From the NCBI GenBank assembly GCA_964642015.1, contig CAZXLF010000001.1, positions 116,846-180,845 on the forward strand: 64,000 nucleotides of DNA, written 5' to 3'. The stretch is from an uncultured Planctomycetia bacterium (GTDB lineage Bacteria > Omnitrophota > Gorgyraeia > 2-02-FULL-51-18). The notes beneath the pieces are model-generated. The model saw nothing but the letters and a program-made list of their open reading frames with translations, searched no databases and was not told where the DNA came from. Shown piece by piece: positions 39,254 through 50,500 of this stretch. How positions within the stretch are numbered: the stretch's first letter is position 1; every line of letters begins with the position of its first letter. The translations under genes were made by a program, and so were the position numbers.

Positions 39254-40432
39254 ATGAGCGCTTTGGATAAAAAAATAAAAAATCTGTTATTAGACCGGCA
39301 AAAGCACCTTGAAAACAGATCCGTGCATTCGATAGCAGATACTTTAGGCCGCTTGTCCAAACGATGGCTTGATCGAGCGTATCCGTTCAGAAAAAAAGCC
39401 GTGAGGCAGCTGGTTGTTAGGTCCCGTTTTACGGAGGCGATGTCGCATGAGCTTTTAGATGCTTTATTTTCCGAGTTGACCCAACCTAAACTTATAAAGC
39501 TTTTAAAGTCTGAACTTAAAGATCCTTTAGCATTGGACAGATTTCAAAAGGATGCATTGACGGGTAAATGGCAGAGGGCGCGAGGTCCGCGTATCATCAC
39601 GCATATTTTTTCAGGCAATGTGCCTAATCCATCGATCATCAGTTTTATTCTCGGCATGCTTGTCAAAAGCGTTAACATTGGAAAACTCTCTCATAAAGAT
39701 GAAGGATTCCTGGATATTTATCTTCATTCCCTAAGGTCTATGGACCGGAATTTAGCCAAGACCAATTTCCTGATCGATCCGTCCAACAAACGTTCTGTTT
39801 CCGACGCCATTCATTTGTCGGATCTTGTGGTGGCTTATGGTAATGACACATCGATCAAAGAGATCAAGACAATGGTTCCGGCTTCGGTTCCATTCGCAGG
39901 CTATGGTCATCGGATGAGCTTCGGTTTTTACGCCAAAAACATATTGAACAAAAGGAATATCGACGATTTTGCCAAGAAAACAGCATTGGATATCTGGATG
40001 ATGGATCGCAGAGGATGTTTATCGCCGATAGAAGTATTCCTTGAAGCCGGCGGGAAGGTGCCGTTGATCGAGTTTTCAAGCTGCCTCATGAAAGCTATCG
40101 AGTCATCTTTTGAGATCAAAGCCTGGCAGATGCCGGCGAGTTTTGATTCGATCCAGATCGTTGGTTTTGGAGGAAGAAAAATGGTCGTTATCCGTCCTGT
40201 CAAAGATCCGGGACAGCTTATGAAAATTTTGTCAAACTTCGGCAAATATCTTCAATCAGTCTCTTTAGAAGCTCCGGCTGCGGATAGAAAGAGGATAGCT
40301 GACCGTTTATCGGCTTTGGGCGTGAACCGTATCTGTCGCGCGGGCCAGATGCAGTATCCGCCGATCACCTGGCATCATGATGGAAAGATGAATCTGGCTT
40401 CTTGGCTTTCGTGGACAGACCTGGAGACCTAA
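39254..40432 (+). CDS. LuxC-family acyl-CoA/acyl-protein reductase
   Basis: HIFSGNVP, VVAYGND, GYGHRMSF, DRRGCLSP (catalytic Cys) and GVNRICRAGQMQYP..WHHDG. Confidence 0.85.
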   Translation: MSALDKKIKNLLLDRQKHLENRSVHSIADTLGRLSKRWLDRAYPFRKKAVRQLVVRSRFTEAMSHELLDALFSELTQPKLIKLLKSELKDPLALDRFQKDALTGKWQRARGPRIITHIFSGNVPNPSIISFILGMLVKSVNIGKLSHKDEGFLDIYLHSLRSMDRNLAKTNFLIDPSNKRSVSDAIHLSDLVVAYGNDTSIKEIKTMVPASVPFAGYGHRMSFGFYAKNILNKRNIDDFAKKTALDIWMMDRRGCLSPIEVFLEAGGKVPLIEFSSCLMKAIESSFEIKAWQMPASFDSIQIVGFGGRKMVVIRPVKDPGQLMKILSNFGKYLQSVSLEAPAADRKRIADRLSALGVNRICRAGQMQYPPITWHHDGKMNLASWLSWTDLET

Positions 40433-40480
40433 AGATCAAAACTCAAAAGTTAAAGCAGTAATTGTGATAAAATATTCATC

Positions 40481-42019
40481 ATGAAAAGATATATATGTAT
40501 CCATGGTCATTTTTATCAGCCGCCGCGCGAAAATCCGTGGACTGGGCAGGTAGATGTCGAGGAGTCGGCGAAGCCTTTCCACGACTGGAATGAACGCATT
40601 ACCAAGGAGTGCTACGAGGCTAATACCAAAGCGCCGGTGTTGAATCCTAAAGGCGAGGTGATCGCGCGTATCAATAATTATTCCAAGATCAGTTTTGATA
40701 TAGGGCCGACGCTCCTTTCCTGGTTACGCTCGAACGATCCGGCGACTTACCAAGCGATTATTCAGGCTGACAAGGAAAGCGTCTTGAGGAATGACGGCCA
40801 CGGCAACGCGATCGCCCAAGTTTATAATCATATCATCATGCCCCTTGCCAAAAAGCGTGACAAGATCACGCAGGTTATCTGGGGGATCAGGGATTTTGAA
40901 TTCCATTATAAAAGAAAACCCGAGGGAATGTGGTTATCTGAGACGGCTGCGGATCGCGAAAGTCTGCAGATCCTCGCAGATCAGGGTATATCATTTACGA
41001 TATTGGCCCCTCATCAGGCGCGCCGTGTGCGTCACGTGGGCTTTGGCTCACGTTGGAATTACGTGCATAATGAAGACATTGACTATCATCAACCCTATCG
41101 CATTATTCTCGACCGCGGAAAACAATTCCACATCTTTTTTTATAACGCACCGATCTCGCGGGCCATCGCGTTTCAAGGCTTGCTTTATAATGGTGATCAG
41201 CTTGATCAGCGGCTTTTATCGGCGTTCAACCGGAGAGATTACGCGCAGATCGTTTCGACGGCCACCGACGGTGAAAGTTTTGGGCATCACCATAAACTGG
41301 GTGAGATGGCCATTGCCTATGGCCTTAAGAAACTCGAGGACCAAAAACTCGCACAGCTGACAAATTTTTCAGGATTTTTGGATAAATTCGGCTCGCTTTG
41401 GGAAGTCGACATTTATGATAACAGCTCCTGGAGCTGCGCGCACGGTGTTGAACGCTGGCGTTCTGATTGCGGCTGTCGCATCAATTATCAGGCCGGCTGG
41501 AACCAGAAGTGGCGCTCTTTCATGCGGGACGCGTTCGATTTTCTGAAAGAGATCGTGGATGAAGTCTATGAACGCGAAACGTCGAGGTTCTTTAGGGATC
41601 CTTGGGAAGCCAGAGACGGTTATATTGACGTGATGCTGGACGGTTCGGAAAAGAATAAAAAGCGTTTTTTGTCGGATTACACAAAGAAAACGGCCAATGC
41701 AACTGAAGAAAAAATGATATGGGACCTTCTTGAAGCTGAAAAATTCTCGCTTTTTATGTACACAAGCTGCGGATGGTTCTTTGATGAAGTGTCGGGCATC
41801 GAGCCGGTACAGGTGATGAAATTCGCTTTGCGGGCCATGGAACTTGTGCAGCCCTACTATCAAAGGGAGATCGAGGGCCAGTTTTTGAAGATCCTTCGGC
41901 AGGCCAAAAGCAATATTCCCGAGCAAGGCAACGGCGAAGATGTTTTTAATAATCTGGTCAAGCCTTCGAAGAATGTTTCTGAAAAGATCAGCTTGAACGG
42001 TCAATCGGTAAAAGTGTAG
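40481..42019 (+). CDS. Glycoside hydrolase family 57 / DUF3536-type protein
   Basis: HGHFYQPPRENPW, GMWLSET, ATDGESFGHH, SWSCAHGVERW and MYTSCGWFFD. Confidence 0.9.
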   Translation: MKRYICIHGHFYQPPRENPWTGQVDVEESAKPFHDWNERITKECYEANTKAPVLNPKGEVIARINNYSKISFDIGPTLLSWLRSNDPATYQAIIQADKESVLRNDGHGNAIAQVYNHIIMPLAKKRDKITQVIWGIRDFEFHYKRKPEGMWLSETAADRESLQILADQGISFTILAPHQARRVRHVGFGSRWNYVHNEDIDYHQPYRIILDRGKQFHIFFYNAPISRAIAFQGLLYNGDQLDQRLLSAFNRRDYAQIVSTATDGESFGHHHKLGEMAIAYGLKKLEDQKLAQLTNFSGFLDKFGSLWEVDIYDNSSWSCAHGVERWRSDCGCRINYQAGWNQKWRSFMRDAFDFLKEIVDEVYERETSRFFRDPWEARDGYIDVMLDGSEKNKKRFLSDYTKKTANATEEKMIWDLLEAEKFSLFMYTSCGWFFDEVSGIEPVQVMKFALRAMELVQPYYQREIEGQFLKILRQAKSNIPEQGNGEDVFNNLVKPSKNVSEKISLNGQSVKV

Positions 42020-42037
42020 AAATTCTTAAGGAAATCA

Positions 42038-43135
42038 ATGGGTTTTAAATGCGGTATCGTGGGCCTTCCGAATGTCGGGAAATCCACTATTTTTAATGCG
42101 CTGACACGCGGTTCAGCGCTGGCAGCCAATTATCCTTTCGCAACGATCGATCCGAATGTCGGCGTCGTAGCCGTGCCTGATAAGCGGCTGGATGTTCTCA
42201 CCGAAATCGTTCCTACGCAAAAAGTCGTGCCGACGACTATTGAGATCGTCGATATTGCAGGCATTGTCAAAGGCGCCTCGCAGGGTGAGGGCCTTGGAAA
42301 TCAGTTTTTAAGCCATATTGCCGAGGTGGAAGCGGTCATTGAGGTCGTGCGCTGTTTCGAAGGCACGGACATCATTCATGTCAGCGGAAGCATTGATCCC
42401 TTGCGCGACATTGAAGTCATCAAGATGGAACTTATTTTAAAAGACCTTGAGGCGTTGGCTAAACATAAAGCTCGCGTTGAAAAGATCGCTCGTGCCGGCG
42501 ATAAAAAAGCGGCGCAACTCATGGGATTGCTTGACCGTTATGAAAAATGTTTCAACGAAGGCAAGACTGCTTCAAAAACTTCTGTTTCAGATGAAGAGCG
42601 CGCGCTTTTAAAAGATGTCCGTTTTTTGACCGATAAACCTATCCTTTACGTTGCCAACGTGGCTGAAGAGGATCTCGGAAAACCGGATACACCTCACGTG
42701 GCGGCTGTCCGGAAGAAAGCTGTTGAGGAAGGTTCTGCGATGATCGTGATCAGTGGGAAAGTCGAAGAAGATATTTCCAAGCTCGAAGCCGGAGAACGCG
42801 AAGAGTTTTTGAAGGCAATGAATCTCAGCGAGTCCGGTTTGGAGCGTCTCGCCCGTGAAGGTCACAAACTTTTGTCGCTGATTGCTTTTTTTACAGTTGG
42901 CGAAACCGAGAATAGGGCGTGGACCGTAGAGAAAGGCTCTTCGGCTCCTCAGGCTGCCGGCAAGATCCATTCCGATTTCGAAAAGGGCTTTATCCGTGCC
43001 GAAGTGATCGCTTACGACGACTTTGTGAAATACCGTGGTGAGCAGGGTGCCAAAGAAAAGGGAAGATTCCGTCTGGAAGGCAAAGAGTATATCGTGCAGG
43101 ACGGTGATATCATGCATTTCCGGTTCAGTGTTTGA
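42038..43135 (+). CDS. ychF: Redox-regulated ATPase YchF
   Basis: [27 protein letters not shown] and [11 protein letters not shown]. Confidence 0.97.
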   Translation: MGFKCGIVGLPNVGKSTIFNALTRGSALAANYPFATIDPNVGVVAVPDKRLDVLTEIVPTQKVVPTTIEIVDIAGIVKGASQGEGLGNQFLSHIAEVEAVIEVVRCFEGTDIIHVSGSIDPLRDIEVIKMELILKDLEALAKHKARVEKIARAGDKKAAQLMGLLDRYEKCFNEGKTASKTSVSDEERALLKDVRFLTDKPILYVANVAEEDLGKPDTPHVAAVRKKAVEEGSAMIVISGKVEEDISKLEAGEREEFLKAMNLSESGLERLAREGHKLLSLIAFFTVGETENRAWTVEKGSSAPQAAGKIHSDFEKGFIRAEVIAYDDFVKYRGEQGAKEKGRFRLEGKEYIVQDGDIMHFRFSV

Positions 43136-43245
43136 TCAAAGACCCCGCCTTTTCTTCGGGACAATTTTATTGCAGTTTTCGTTGGGTTCGATACAATAAT
43201 AGGCCAAAGTTTTCTATCACCGAATCTTATTAAGGGAGTCAAAAC

Positions 43246-44286
43246 GTGATCAACATTTCAGAAGGCAAATTAAGAAGCATGGAAGCGGTTTCCAACGAAA
43301 AGGGCGTTATCACCGCGGCGGCTATGGACCAGCGCGGATCTTTGCAGAAATCCATTGCGAAAGCTAAAGGCGTCAGCGACAGCGAAGTGACACCCGCAAT
43401 GATGTCTGAGTTCAAGATCGCTGTGACGAAAGTTTTAACACCTTACGCCAGCGCGATACTTCTTGATCCTGAATTCGGCCTTCCGGCGTCTAAACAACGT
43501 TCCAAAAATGCCGGGCTTTTGCTGGCCTATGAGAAAACAGGGTATGACGCGACAGGCGCCGGACGTATCCCGACTTTTTTGGATGGTTACAGCGCTAAAC
43601 GCTTGAGACAGGAAGGCGCTGATTGCGTGAAAGTGCTCCTCTATTACACACCTTTTGATGATCCGAAAGTGAACCAGAAGAAACACGAGATCATGGAGCG
43701 CATCGGCAAAGAATGCGCCGAAGAAGACATCGCGTTCTTTCTTGAGTTTGTCGGTTATGACCCGAAAGGCGGTGACGCTAAGGATCTTGCCTACGCGAAA
43801 CTGAAGCCTGAGATCGTGATCAAGAGCATGGAAGAATTTTCCAAGGATAAATATCAGGTCGATGTATTAAAAGTCGAAATGCCGATCGATGTGAAATTTT
43901 TGAAAGGTTCCAAAGCGTTCAACGGTAAAGAAGTCGCTTATGATTGGGAAGAAGCCAAGGCCATTTTTAAACGCCAGGATCAATGCACGAAGAAACCCTT
44001 TATTTATCTTTCAGCCGGCGTCAGTGATGATATTTTCAGGGAAAGTCTTGAACTTGCCATCAGCGCAGGAGTGAATTTCGCGGGGGTTCTTTGCGGGCGG
44101 GCGACATGGAAGGATGGTATTCCGGTTTACGCGCAAGGAGGGGCACAAGCTCTCGAAGCGTGGCTTCTGGACCGCGGTGTGAAGAACATCAAAGCTTTGA
44201 ATGAAGTGCTAGCGAAAGGCGCCAAACCCTGGTTTGCGCGTTACGGCGGCCGCGATCAGGTGAAGGTCCTGGCTCATCACCGCTAA
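43246..44286 (+). CDS. lacD: Tagatose-1,6-bisphosphate aldolase family (class I aldolase)
   Basis: AAAMDQRGSL, SAILLDPEFG, LAYEKTGYD, VLKVEMP, FIYLSAGVS and GVLCGRATW. Confidence 0.9.
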   Translation: MINISEGKLRSMEAVSNEKGVITAAAMDQRGSLQKSIAKAKGVSDSEVTPAMMSEFKIAVTKVLTPYASAILLDPEFGLPASKQRSKNAGLLLAYEKTGYDATGAGRIPTFLDGYSAKRLRQEGADCVKVLLYYTPFDDPKVNQKKHEIMERIGKECAEEDIAFFLEFVGYDPKGGDAKDLAYAKLKPEIVIKSMEEFSKDKYQVDVLKVEMPIDVKFLKGSKAFNGKEVAYDWEEAKAIFKRQDQCTKKPFIYLSAGVSDDIFRESLELAISAGVNFAGVLCGRATWKDGIPVYAQGGAQALEAWLLDRGVKNIKALNEVLAKGAKPWFARYGGRDQVKVLAHHR

Positions 44287-44301
44287 TTCAGGAGAGATCG
44301 T

Positions 44302-45102
44302 TTGGTCTATATCCCCGGACGGAAAAGCCGTAAGGAAAAGAAAAAAGAAGAAGAGCAAGACGAAGAAATAGCTTTTATTGAATCCAAACCGGGAGACCTT
44401 GATCTTTTAAAGCTTAAGAAAGCTTACGAAGATCTCGAAGAAACTCACCGCCAGATCCGCGAATCTCACATCGAGATGATCCTGAAACTGGCGATCGCCG
44501 CCGAATACAAAGATCCCGATACCGGCAGCCATATTCTCCGCATCAGCGATTATGCCATGGAAGTGGCCAAAGCCATTGATATGCCCGAAGATCAGATCGA
44601 ACTTCTAAGGTACGCTAGTCCCATGCATGATATCGGAAAGATCGGTATCCCGGACCGTATCCTTCAAAAACCGGGAAAATTGACCCCTGAAGAATGGGAG
44701 CTGATGAAACAGCATACGTTGATCGGTGAAAGGATGTTCCATAGTTCCAAGTCTCCGCTTTTGAACGCTGCCGGTCAAATAGCCGCGACCCATCACGAAA
44801 AATATGATGGTAAAGGTTATCCTTACGGTTTGGTGGGCGAGAAGATCCCGATCTTCGGCAGGATCGTGGCGCTCGTCGATGTGTTCGATGCGATCGTATC
44901 CAAACGCTCCTATAAGGAGAAATGGCCTTTTCATGATGCCGTGGATCACATTCAAGGTTTAGGCGGAAATCATTTGGACCCGGAACTGGTAAGAGTGTTC
45001 CGGAAGATCGAAAAAAAGATCCACCGTATCTACGAAGCGAATCTGACGATCGAACGTTTTGTCAAAGGTTTCAATCCCGACGCGCCGGATCCCGGCATCT
45101 AA
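44302..45102 (+). CDS. HD-GYP phosphodiesterase
   Basis: DTGSH, MHDIGKIGIPD, HHEKYDGKGYP and DVFDA. Confidence 0.9.
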   Translation: MVYIPGRKSRKEKKKEEEQDEEIAFIESKPGDLDLLKLKKAYEDLEETHRQIRESHIEMILKLAIAAEYKDPDTGSHILRISDYAMEVAKAIDMPEDQIELLRYASPMHDIGKIGIPDRILQKPGKLTPEEWELMKQHTLIGERMFHSSKSPLLNAAGQIAATHHEKYDGKGYPYGLVGEKIPIFGRIVALVDVFDAIVSKRSYKEKWPFHDAVDHIQGLGGNHLDPELVRVFRKIEKKIHRIYEANLTIERFVKGFNPDAPDPGI

Positions 45103-45117
45103 TTTTTCAAATAAACC

Positions 45118-45774
45118 ATGGCCAACAAAGACTATTACGGGACACTGAAAGTTAAAGAGAACGCTTCATCTGATGAAATAAAGAAAGCGTACCGCGATCT
45201 CGCTAAAAAATATCATCCTGACGCAAATCCGAACAATAAAGCCGCGGAAGAAAAATTCAAGGAGATCTCCGAGGCTTATTATGTATTGAGCGACGAAAAA
45301 AAACGCCGTGATTACGATAATTATAGGAAAGGCGGTTTCTCCCAGAATTTCGGCGGCGGTGGGGCACAGGGTTTCCAAGGCGCGCAAGGATTTGATTTTG
45401 AGGAGATCTTACGCGCGTTCCGCGGTGCGCAAAGCGGTAGAAGGACTCATGTACGTTTCGGCGACGGTGGAGGCGGAGGATTTGAGGATATTTTTGGAGA
45501 TATTTTTGGCGGAGGCCGCACTCAGGGTTACAGCCACGAAGAAGAGGATCTGCATCCGGTTTCATCCGATCTCACGGCGGTTTTGAAGATCTCAAGATCG
45601 CGCGCGCAAAAAGGCGGCGAAGTGAGTTTTGCAACACATGACGGCAAAAAGATCACGGTAAAGATCCCGGCCGGTATCAGTTCGGGGAAAAAGCTTCGTC
45701 TTTCGAGACAAGGAAATATCTGTCATACCTGCAATCATCCGGGCGATTTGATCCTGACCATTAAAGTCGAATAA
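45118..45774 (+). CDS. J-domain protein (short CbpA-like)
   Basis: KDYY...YHPD, G/F-rich region and a single C-terminal peptide-binding repeat. Confidence 0.88.
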   Translation: MANKDYYGTLKVKENASSDEIKKAYRDLAKKYHPDANPNNKAAEEKFKEISEAYYVLSDEKKRRDYDNYRKGGFSQNFGGGGAQGFQGAQGFDFEEILRAFRGAQSGRRTHVRFGDGGGGGFEDIFGDIFGGGRTQGYSHEEEDLHPVSSDLTAVLKISRSRAQKGGEVSFATHDGKKITVKIPAGISSGKKLRLSRQGNICHTCNHPGDLILTIKVE

Positions 45775-45790
45775 AAGCTGAGGAGTTCCT

Positions 45791-46582
45791 ATGAAAAAAA
45801 ATAGTTTTGTGTTTTTGGTTATGGCTATGATCCTGGTTTCGGGCTGCGGACAAAAGGCAGCTGAAAATGCGCCGGCGGAATCATCTGCTTCCGTCCCGAC
45901 GGAAAATAAAACTGCTCCGGCTCAGCAGCCGATCGACGCAGCGACGGCCGGTACTGTGAAAGGAAAAGTGTCTTTTCAAGGCACGACCCCCGCGGTTCAA
46001 GAGATCTCTGTGCTCGGGAATCCTGAATGCGCGGTTTTCCATCCAGACGGAAAGGTAAAGTCCGAAGAACTTATTGTGTCCGACGGCGCTTTACAGAATG
46101 TGTTCGTTTATGTGAAGGAGGGTCTTGAGGGCCGAAGTTTCCCGACGCCTACAGAACCTGTGACGATTGAGAACAAAGGATGTCTTTATGTGCCCCATGT
46201 GATAGGCGTTCAAGTTAACCAGCCGGTAATTCTCTTGAATAACGACCCGACGCTTCATAATATTCACTCTTATTCTAAAAATTCCAAACCGTGGAATTTA
46301 GGTTTACCGATCCAAGGTATGAAACAAACCAAGAAATTTGAAGCGGCCGAAGTGATGGTGCCGATGAAATGCGATGTGCATCCGTGGATGAGAGGTTATA
46401 TCGGTGTTCTGCCTCATCCTTATTTTGCCGTGACCGGCAAAGACGGAACGTTTGAGATAAAGAATCTCCCGCCGGGCGAATACTTGATCGAGGCGTGGCA
46501 TGAAAAACTTGGGGTCCAATCTCAGAAGATCAAGATCGAACCCCAAGCATCAAAGGAAATAGAATTTAAATTCAGCGTTTAA
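45791..46582 (+). CDS. Lipoprotein with cupredoxin-like and carboxypeptidase-regulatory-like domains
   Basis: Lipobox LVSGC, HNIH...KCDVHPWM copper-type motif and GTFEIKNLPPGEY. Confidence 0.8.
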   Translation: MKKNSFVFLVMAMILVSGCGQKAAENAPAESSASVPTENKTAPAQQPIDAATAGTVKGKVSFQGTTPAVQEISVLGNPECAVFHPDGKVKSEELIVSDGALQNVFVYVKEGLEGRSFPTPTEPVTIENKGCLYVPHVIGVQVNQPVILLNNDPTLHNIHSYSKNSKPWNLGLPIQGMKQTKKFEAAEVMVPMKCDVHPWMRGYIGVLPHPYFAVTGKDGTFEIKNLPPGEYLIEAWHEKLGVQSQKIKIEPQASKEIEFKFSV

Positions 46583-47205
46583 ACGCTCGTTCCTACCTTA
46601 GGTGAAATCTTAATGAGATGCCAGATTGCCGCAGTGCCTATCACAATAGCCACAATAAGCGTCAATGGGTTTATAGCACCATAGGCATGGGGTGCCAACA
46701 TCGCGAAAAGCAGCGGCGCTGAGAGAAAAGTATTCGTTCTGGATGCTAACGAGGCGCGTTTGCGTACGCCGGGGAGCTTGTCAGCAGGAACTTTGCCTTG
46801 GAGCATGGATTTTTGTGCGGGCCAAATAATGAACCATACATTAAACCACATGATAGAGCCTAGTGTCATACCGAACATTATCCAAAGAGCTCTTGCAGAA
46901 ATACCTTCAGTGGTTGAAAACAAAGCGCTCGGGCCAAAACCTGTCCCAGGTGTATACATGTACACCAGAGTGAACAAACACCAGCCGGTGATGAAAGTCA
47001 TCATCGCTCCCCAGCGGAACCACCACAGCGCTCGAGGCATCAGCTTGGGGTTAACGAGTTTTTTTCCGGCGTCATCCAGCGCCCCCTGGAGAGGAACGTT
47101 CACGAAATTGAAGAAATAAAGATGTCCGATCCAAATAATTCCGAAAAAAATGTGCATCCAACGCAAAAGAAACTGAACGTTGGTATACCAGTCTGATAAA
47201 GCCAT
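46579..47205 (-). CDS. PuuD/urate-hydroxylase-like membrane protein
   Basis: LRWMHIFFGIIWIG.LYFFNF, LWWFRWGAM, IMWFNVWFIIWPAQK and SRTNTFLS; GGAGG SD before ATG 47205. Confidence 0.8.
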   Translation of the reverse strand: MALSDWYTNVQFLLRWMHIFFGIIWIGHLYFFNFVNVPLQGALDDAGKKLVNPKLMPRALWWFRWGAMMTFITGWCLFTLVYMYTPGTGFGPSALFSTTEGISARALWIMFGMTLGSIMWFNVWFIIWPAQKSMLQGKVPADKLPGVRKRASLASRTNTFLSAPLLFAMLAPHAYGAINPLTLIVAIVIGTAAIWHLIKISPKVGTSV

Positions 47206-47308
47206 GCTTCCTCCTGTTATCATTTGTCCAGACAAAACCGATTTAAACACATGATAAAACAAAATATGCTTTTAGACAAGCCGTTTTTGAGTCTTAGAAG
47301 CCAAAAAA

Positions 47309-47370
47309 ACACAAAATATAGTGGTTTTTTAAAAAATTGCTTGACACTACCACAAGAGCGGGTTTATACT
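47309..47370 (+). promoter_or_regulatory. NrdR box and sigma70 promoter of nrdJ
   Basis: ACACAAAATATAGTGG (47309-47324) fits acaCwAtATaTwGtg; TTGACA (47341)-18-TATACT (47365). Confidence 0.7.
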
Positions 47371-47525
47371 TCAAAACAGGTTCGATCATTAATTTTTTTT
47401 GAAACGGAATTGTCGCGCAGTGAGGCGATACTCCGTTTTTTTCGTCAAAGGTCTCATTAAAAGTTTTCAAAGCTGTTATTTTACGGCAAAAGATCAACGA
47501 ACTTTACGTCACGAGGAGAAGCAAA

Positions 47526-50500
47526 ATGCAGAATGGCTCGAAAGTCAAAAGCGCCGCGCAGGGTAATGCCACGATCTCAGGCGATATGAAAGGGATGAAG
47601 TTCGAACGCCGTTACACGAAGCCCAGCGTGAATCCTTTGGACGCGATCACATACGAAAAAAGAAGTTCGGTAATTTCAAATACGGACGGTTCGGTGGTGT
47701 TCAAGATGGAGAACGCCGAGATCCCCAAGTCCTGGTCACAGCTGGCCACTGATATTGTGGTCTCCAAATATTTCCGCAAAGCCGGAGTCCCGCATACGGG
47801 TTCCGAGGTCAGCGTCCGCCAGGTGGTCCACCGCATCGCGCATTCGCTGCGCAAAGCAGGAGAGGATTTCGGCGGATATTTCCGTACTACCGAGGATGCT
47901 GATACATTCGAAGCCGAGCTTACTCATCTTTTAGTGACACAAAAAGGCGCTTTCAATTCACCGGTATGGTTCAACTGCGGTTTGGCCGAGACTTACGGGA
48001 TCAAGACCGGCTCAGGCGGAAGCTATGCGTGGGATTTCAGGAAAGGCGCGCCGAATCTTACGAAAGATTCTTATACACACCCTCAATGCTCTGCCTGCTT
48101 TATTCAGAAAGTTGAAGACGACCTCATGTCGATCTTTGATCTGGTAAAAAATGAGGCGCGTCTTTTTAAATTCGGTTCGGGCACGGGTTCTAATTTTTCA
48201 AAGATCCGCGGACGCCAGGAAAAGTTATCCGGAGGCGGCACTTCTTCGGGGCTCATGTCATTTTTGGAAGTACTTGACCGTGGAGCCGGCGCAACAAAGT
48301 CCGGCGGTACGACACGCCGCGCGGCGAAGATGGTGTGCCTTGATATGGATCATCCGGAGATCGCGGATTTCATTAATTGGAAAGTCAGGGAAGAAAAGAA
48401 AGTTGCGGCGCTCATCGCAGCCGGCTATTCTTCGGACTTCAACGGCGAAGCTTATAAGACGGTTTCAGGTCAGAACTCCAATAATTCAGTACGTATTTCC
48501 GATGATTTCATGAAAGCCTATCTGGAAGGCGGGCAGTGGCAGACCCGCTTCAGAACGACCGGAGAAGTGAGCGACACCTATGAAGCGCGCGATCTGATGC
48601 ACCAGATCGCTTATGCGGCGTGGGCCTGCGCCGATCCCGGAGTGCAGTTCGACACGACGATCAATGACTGGCACACCTCGGTGAACACCGACAGGATCAA
48701 CGCTTCGAATCCCTGCTCTGAATATATGTTCCTCGATGACAGTGCCTGCAATCTGGCGTCGATCAATTTGATGAAATTTTTGAACGATGACGGTACTTTT
48801 GATGTTGAAAGCTACCGCCATGCGTGCCGCATTTTCATTACGGCTCAGGAAATCCTTGTTGATTATTCCTCTTATCCTACACAAGCGATCGCGCAGAACA
48901 GCCACGATTACCGGCCGTTGGGTTTGGGCTACGCGAATCTAGGGACTCTTTTGATGGTGAAGGGTATTCCATATGATTCCGAAAGAGCTTTCGCGATCTG
49001 CGGCGCCATCACCGCGATCACGACCGGTCATGGGTATCGCGCATCGGCTGAGATCGCCAAGCATAAGGGACCGTTCCCCGGCTACGCGCACAACGCTGAG
49101 CCCACACTGCATGTAATGAAAAAACACCGCGACGCGGCATACAAGATTAACGAAAAGGCATGCCCGTCGGAGATGCTCAAAGCTGCGCACGAAGATTGGG
49201 ATGAAGTGGTTCGTCTCTGCGAGAAGTACGGCGTCCGCAACGCACAGGCCACCGTGATCGCGCCCACCGGCACGATCGGGCTTTTGATGGATTGTGATAC
49301 GACAGGTATTGAGCCCGATTTTTCGCTGGTAAAATTCAAGAAACTTGCCGGCGGCGGGTATTTTAAGATTGTGAATCAATCCGTGACGCGCGCGCTTGAA
49401 AATCTTGGTTACCGTGAGGACCAGATCCGCGATATCGTGACATATGTGACCGGCACGCTGACACTTGACGGCACGCCTCACATCAATCCGGCGACTCTGA
49501 AAGAACGCGGATTCACCGATGAAGATATTGAAAAGGTTGAGGGGAATATCCCCGGTGTTTTCGAGCTCCAATTCGCTTTCAACAAATGGACTCTTGGCGA
49601 AGAGACAATGAAACGCCTCGGCCTCAAAGAAGAACAATACAATGACTTCAATTTTAACATGCTTGAAGCGCTCGGATTTACCGACAGGCAGATCTCTGAA
49701 GCTAATGATGTTGTTTGCGGACGCATGACGATCGAGGGCGCTCCGGGACTTAAATCGGAGCACTTGCCGGTATTTGATTGCGCCAACAAGTGCGGAAAAT
49801 ACGGCAAGCGTTTCATTGCTCCGATGGGACATATCCGCATGATGGCCGCTGCCCAGCCGTTTATTTCAGGCGCGATCTCGAAGACCGTTAATCTTCCCAA
49901 TGAAGTTACTGTCGAAGACATTGAGAAGATCTATGTGGAAAGCTGGAAGCTCGGTTTGAAAGCCGTGGCGCTTTACCGCGACGGGTGCAAACTTTCGCAG
50001 CCTTTGAATTCCGGCGCTTCGTCGGGTTCGAAGAGCGATCCCGCGGCGGAGGTCGAAGCTGTTCCGAGCCGCCATCGTTTGCCGAAGAAACGCGCAGGCC
50101 TCACGCAAGAGGCGCGCATCGGCGGGCATAAAGTTTACGTCCGCACCGGTGAATATGAGAACGGCGGCTTAGGCGAGATCTTCATTGATATGCATAAAGA
50201 AGGCGCGGCGTATCGCAGCATGATGAACTGTTTCGCGATCGCGGTCTCCTTAGGATTACAGTACGGCGTGCCTTTGCAGGAATACGTGGATGTATTCACC
50301 TTCACGCGTTTTGAGCCGTCAGGGCCGGTGGATCATCCCAATATCAAGTTCGCGACCTCGATCGTGGATTATATTTTCAGGCTGCTTGCGATGGAATATT
50401 TAGGCCGTCATGATCTTGTGCAGGTGCCTCCGATGGGAGCGACGACGGATGTGACGTTGCCTCCGCCAACGCATAAACCGAAGAAGCAAACGCATCATCC

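Noticed and set aside
38149-40432. Bioluminescence operon
   Set aside because: No luxA/luxB, luxG or true luxD is in the window, and the gene order differs from luxCDABE.
49380-49740. Extra segment in NrdJ as an intein
   Set aside because: There is no C/S...HN-C/S/T splice signature or LAGLIDADG motif; it looks like the ordinary insertion of long NrdJ proteins.
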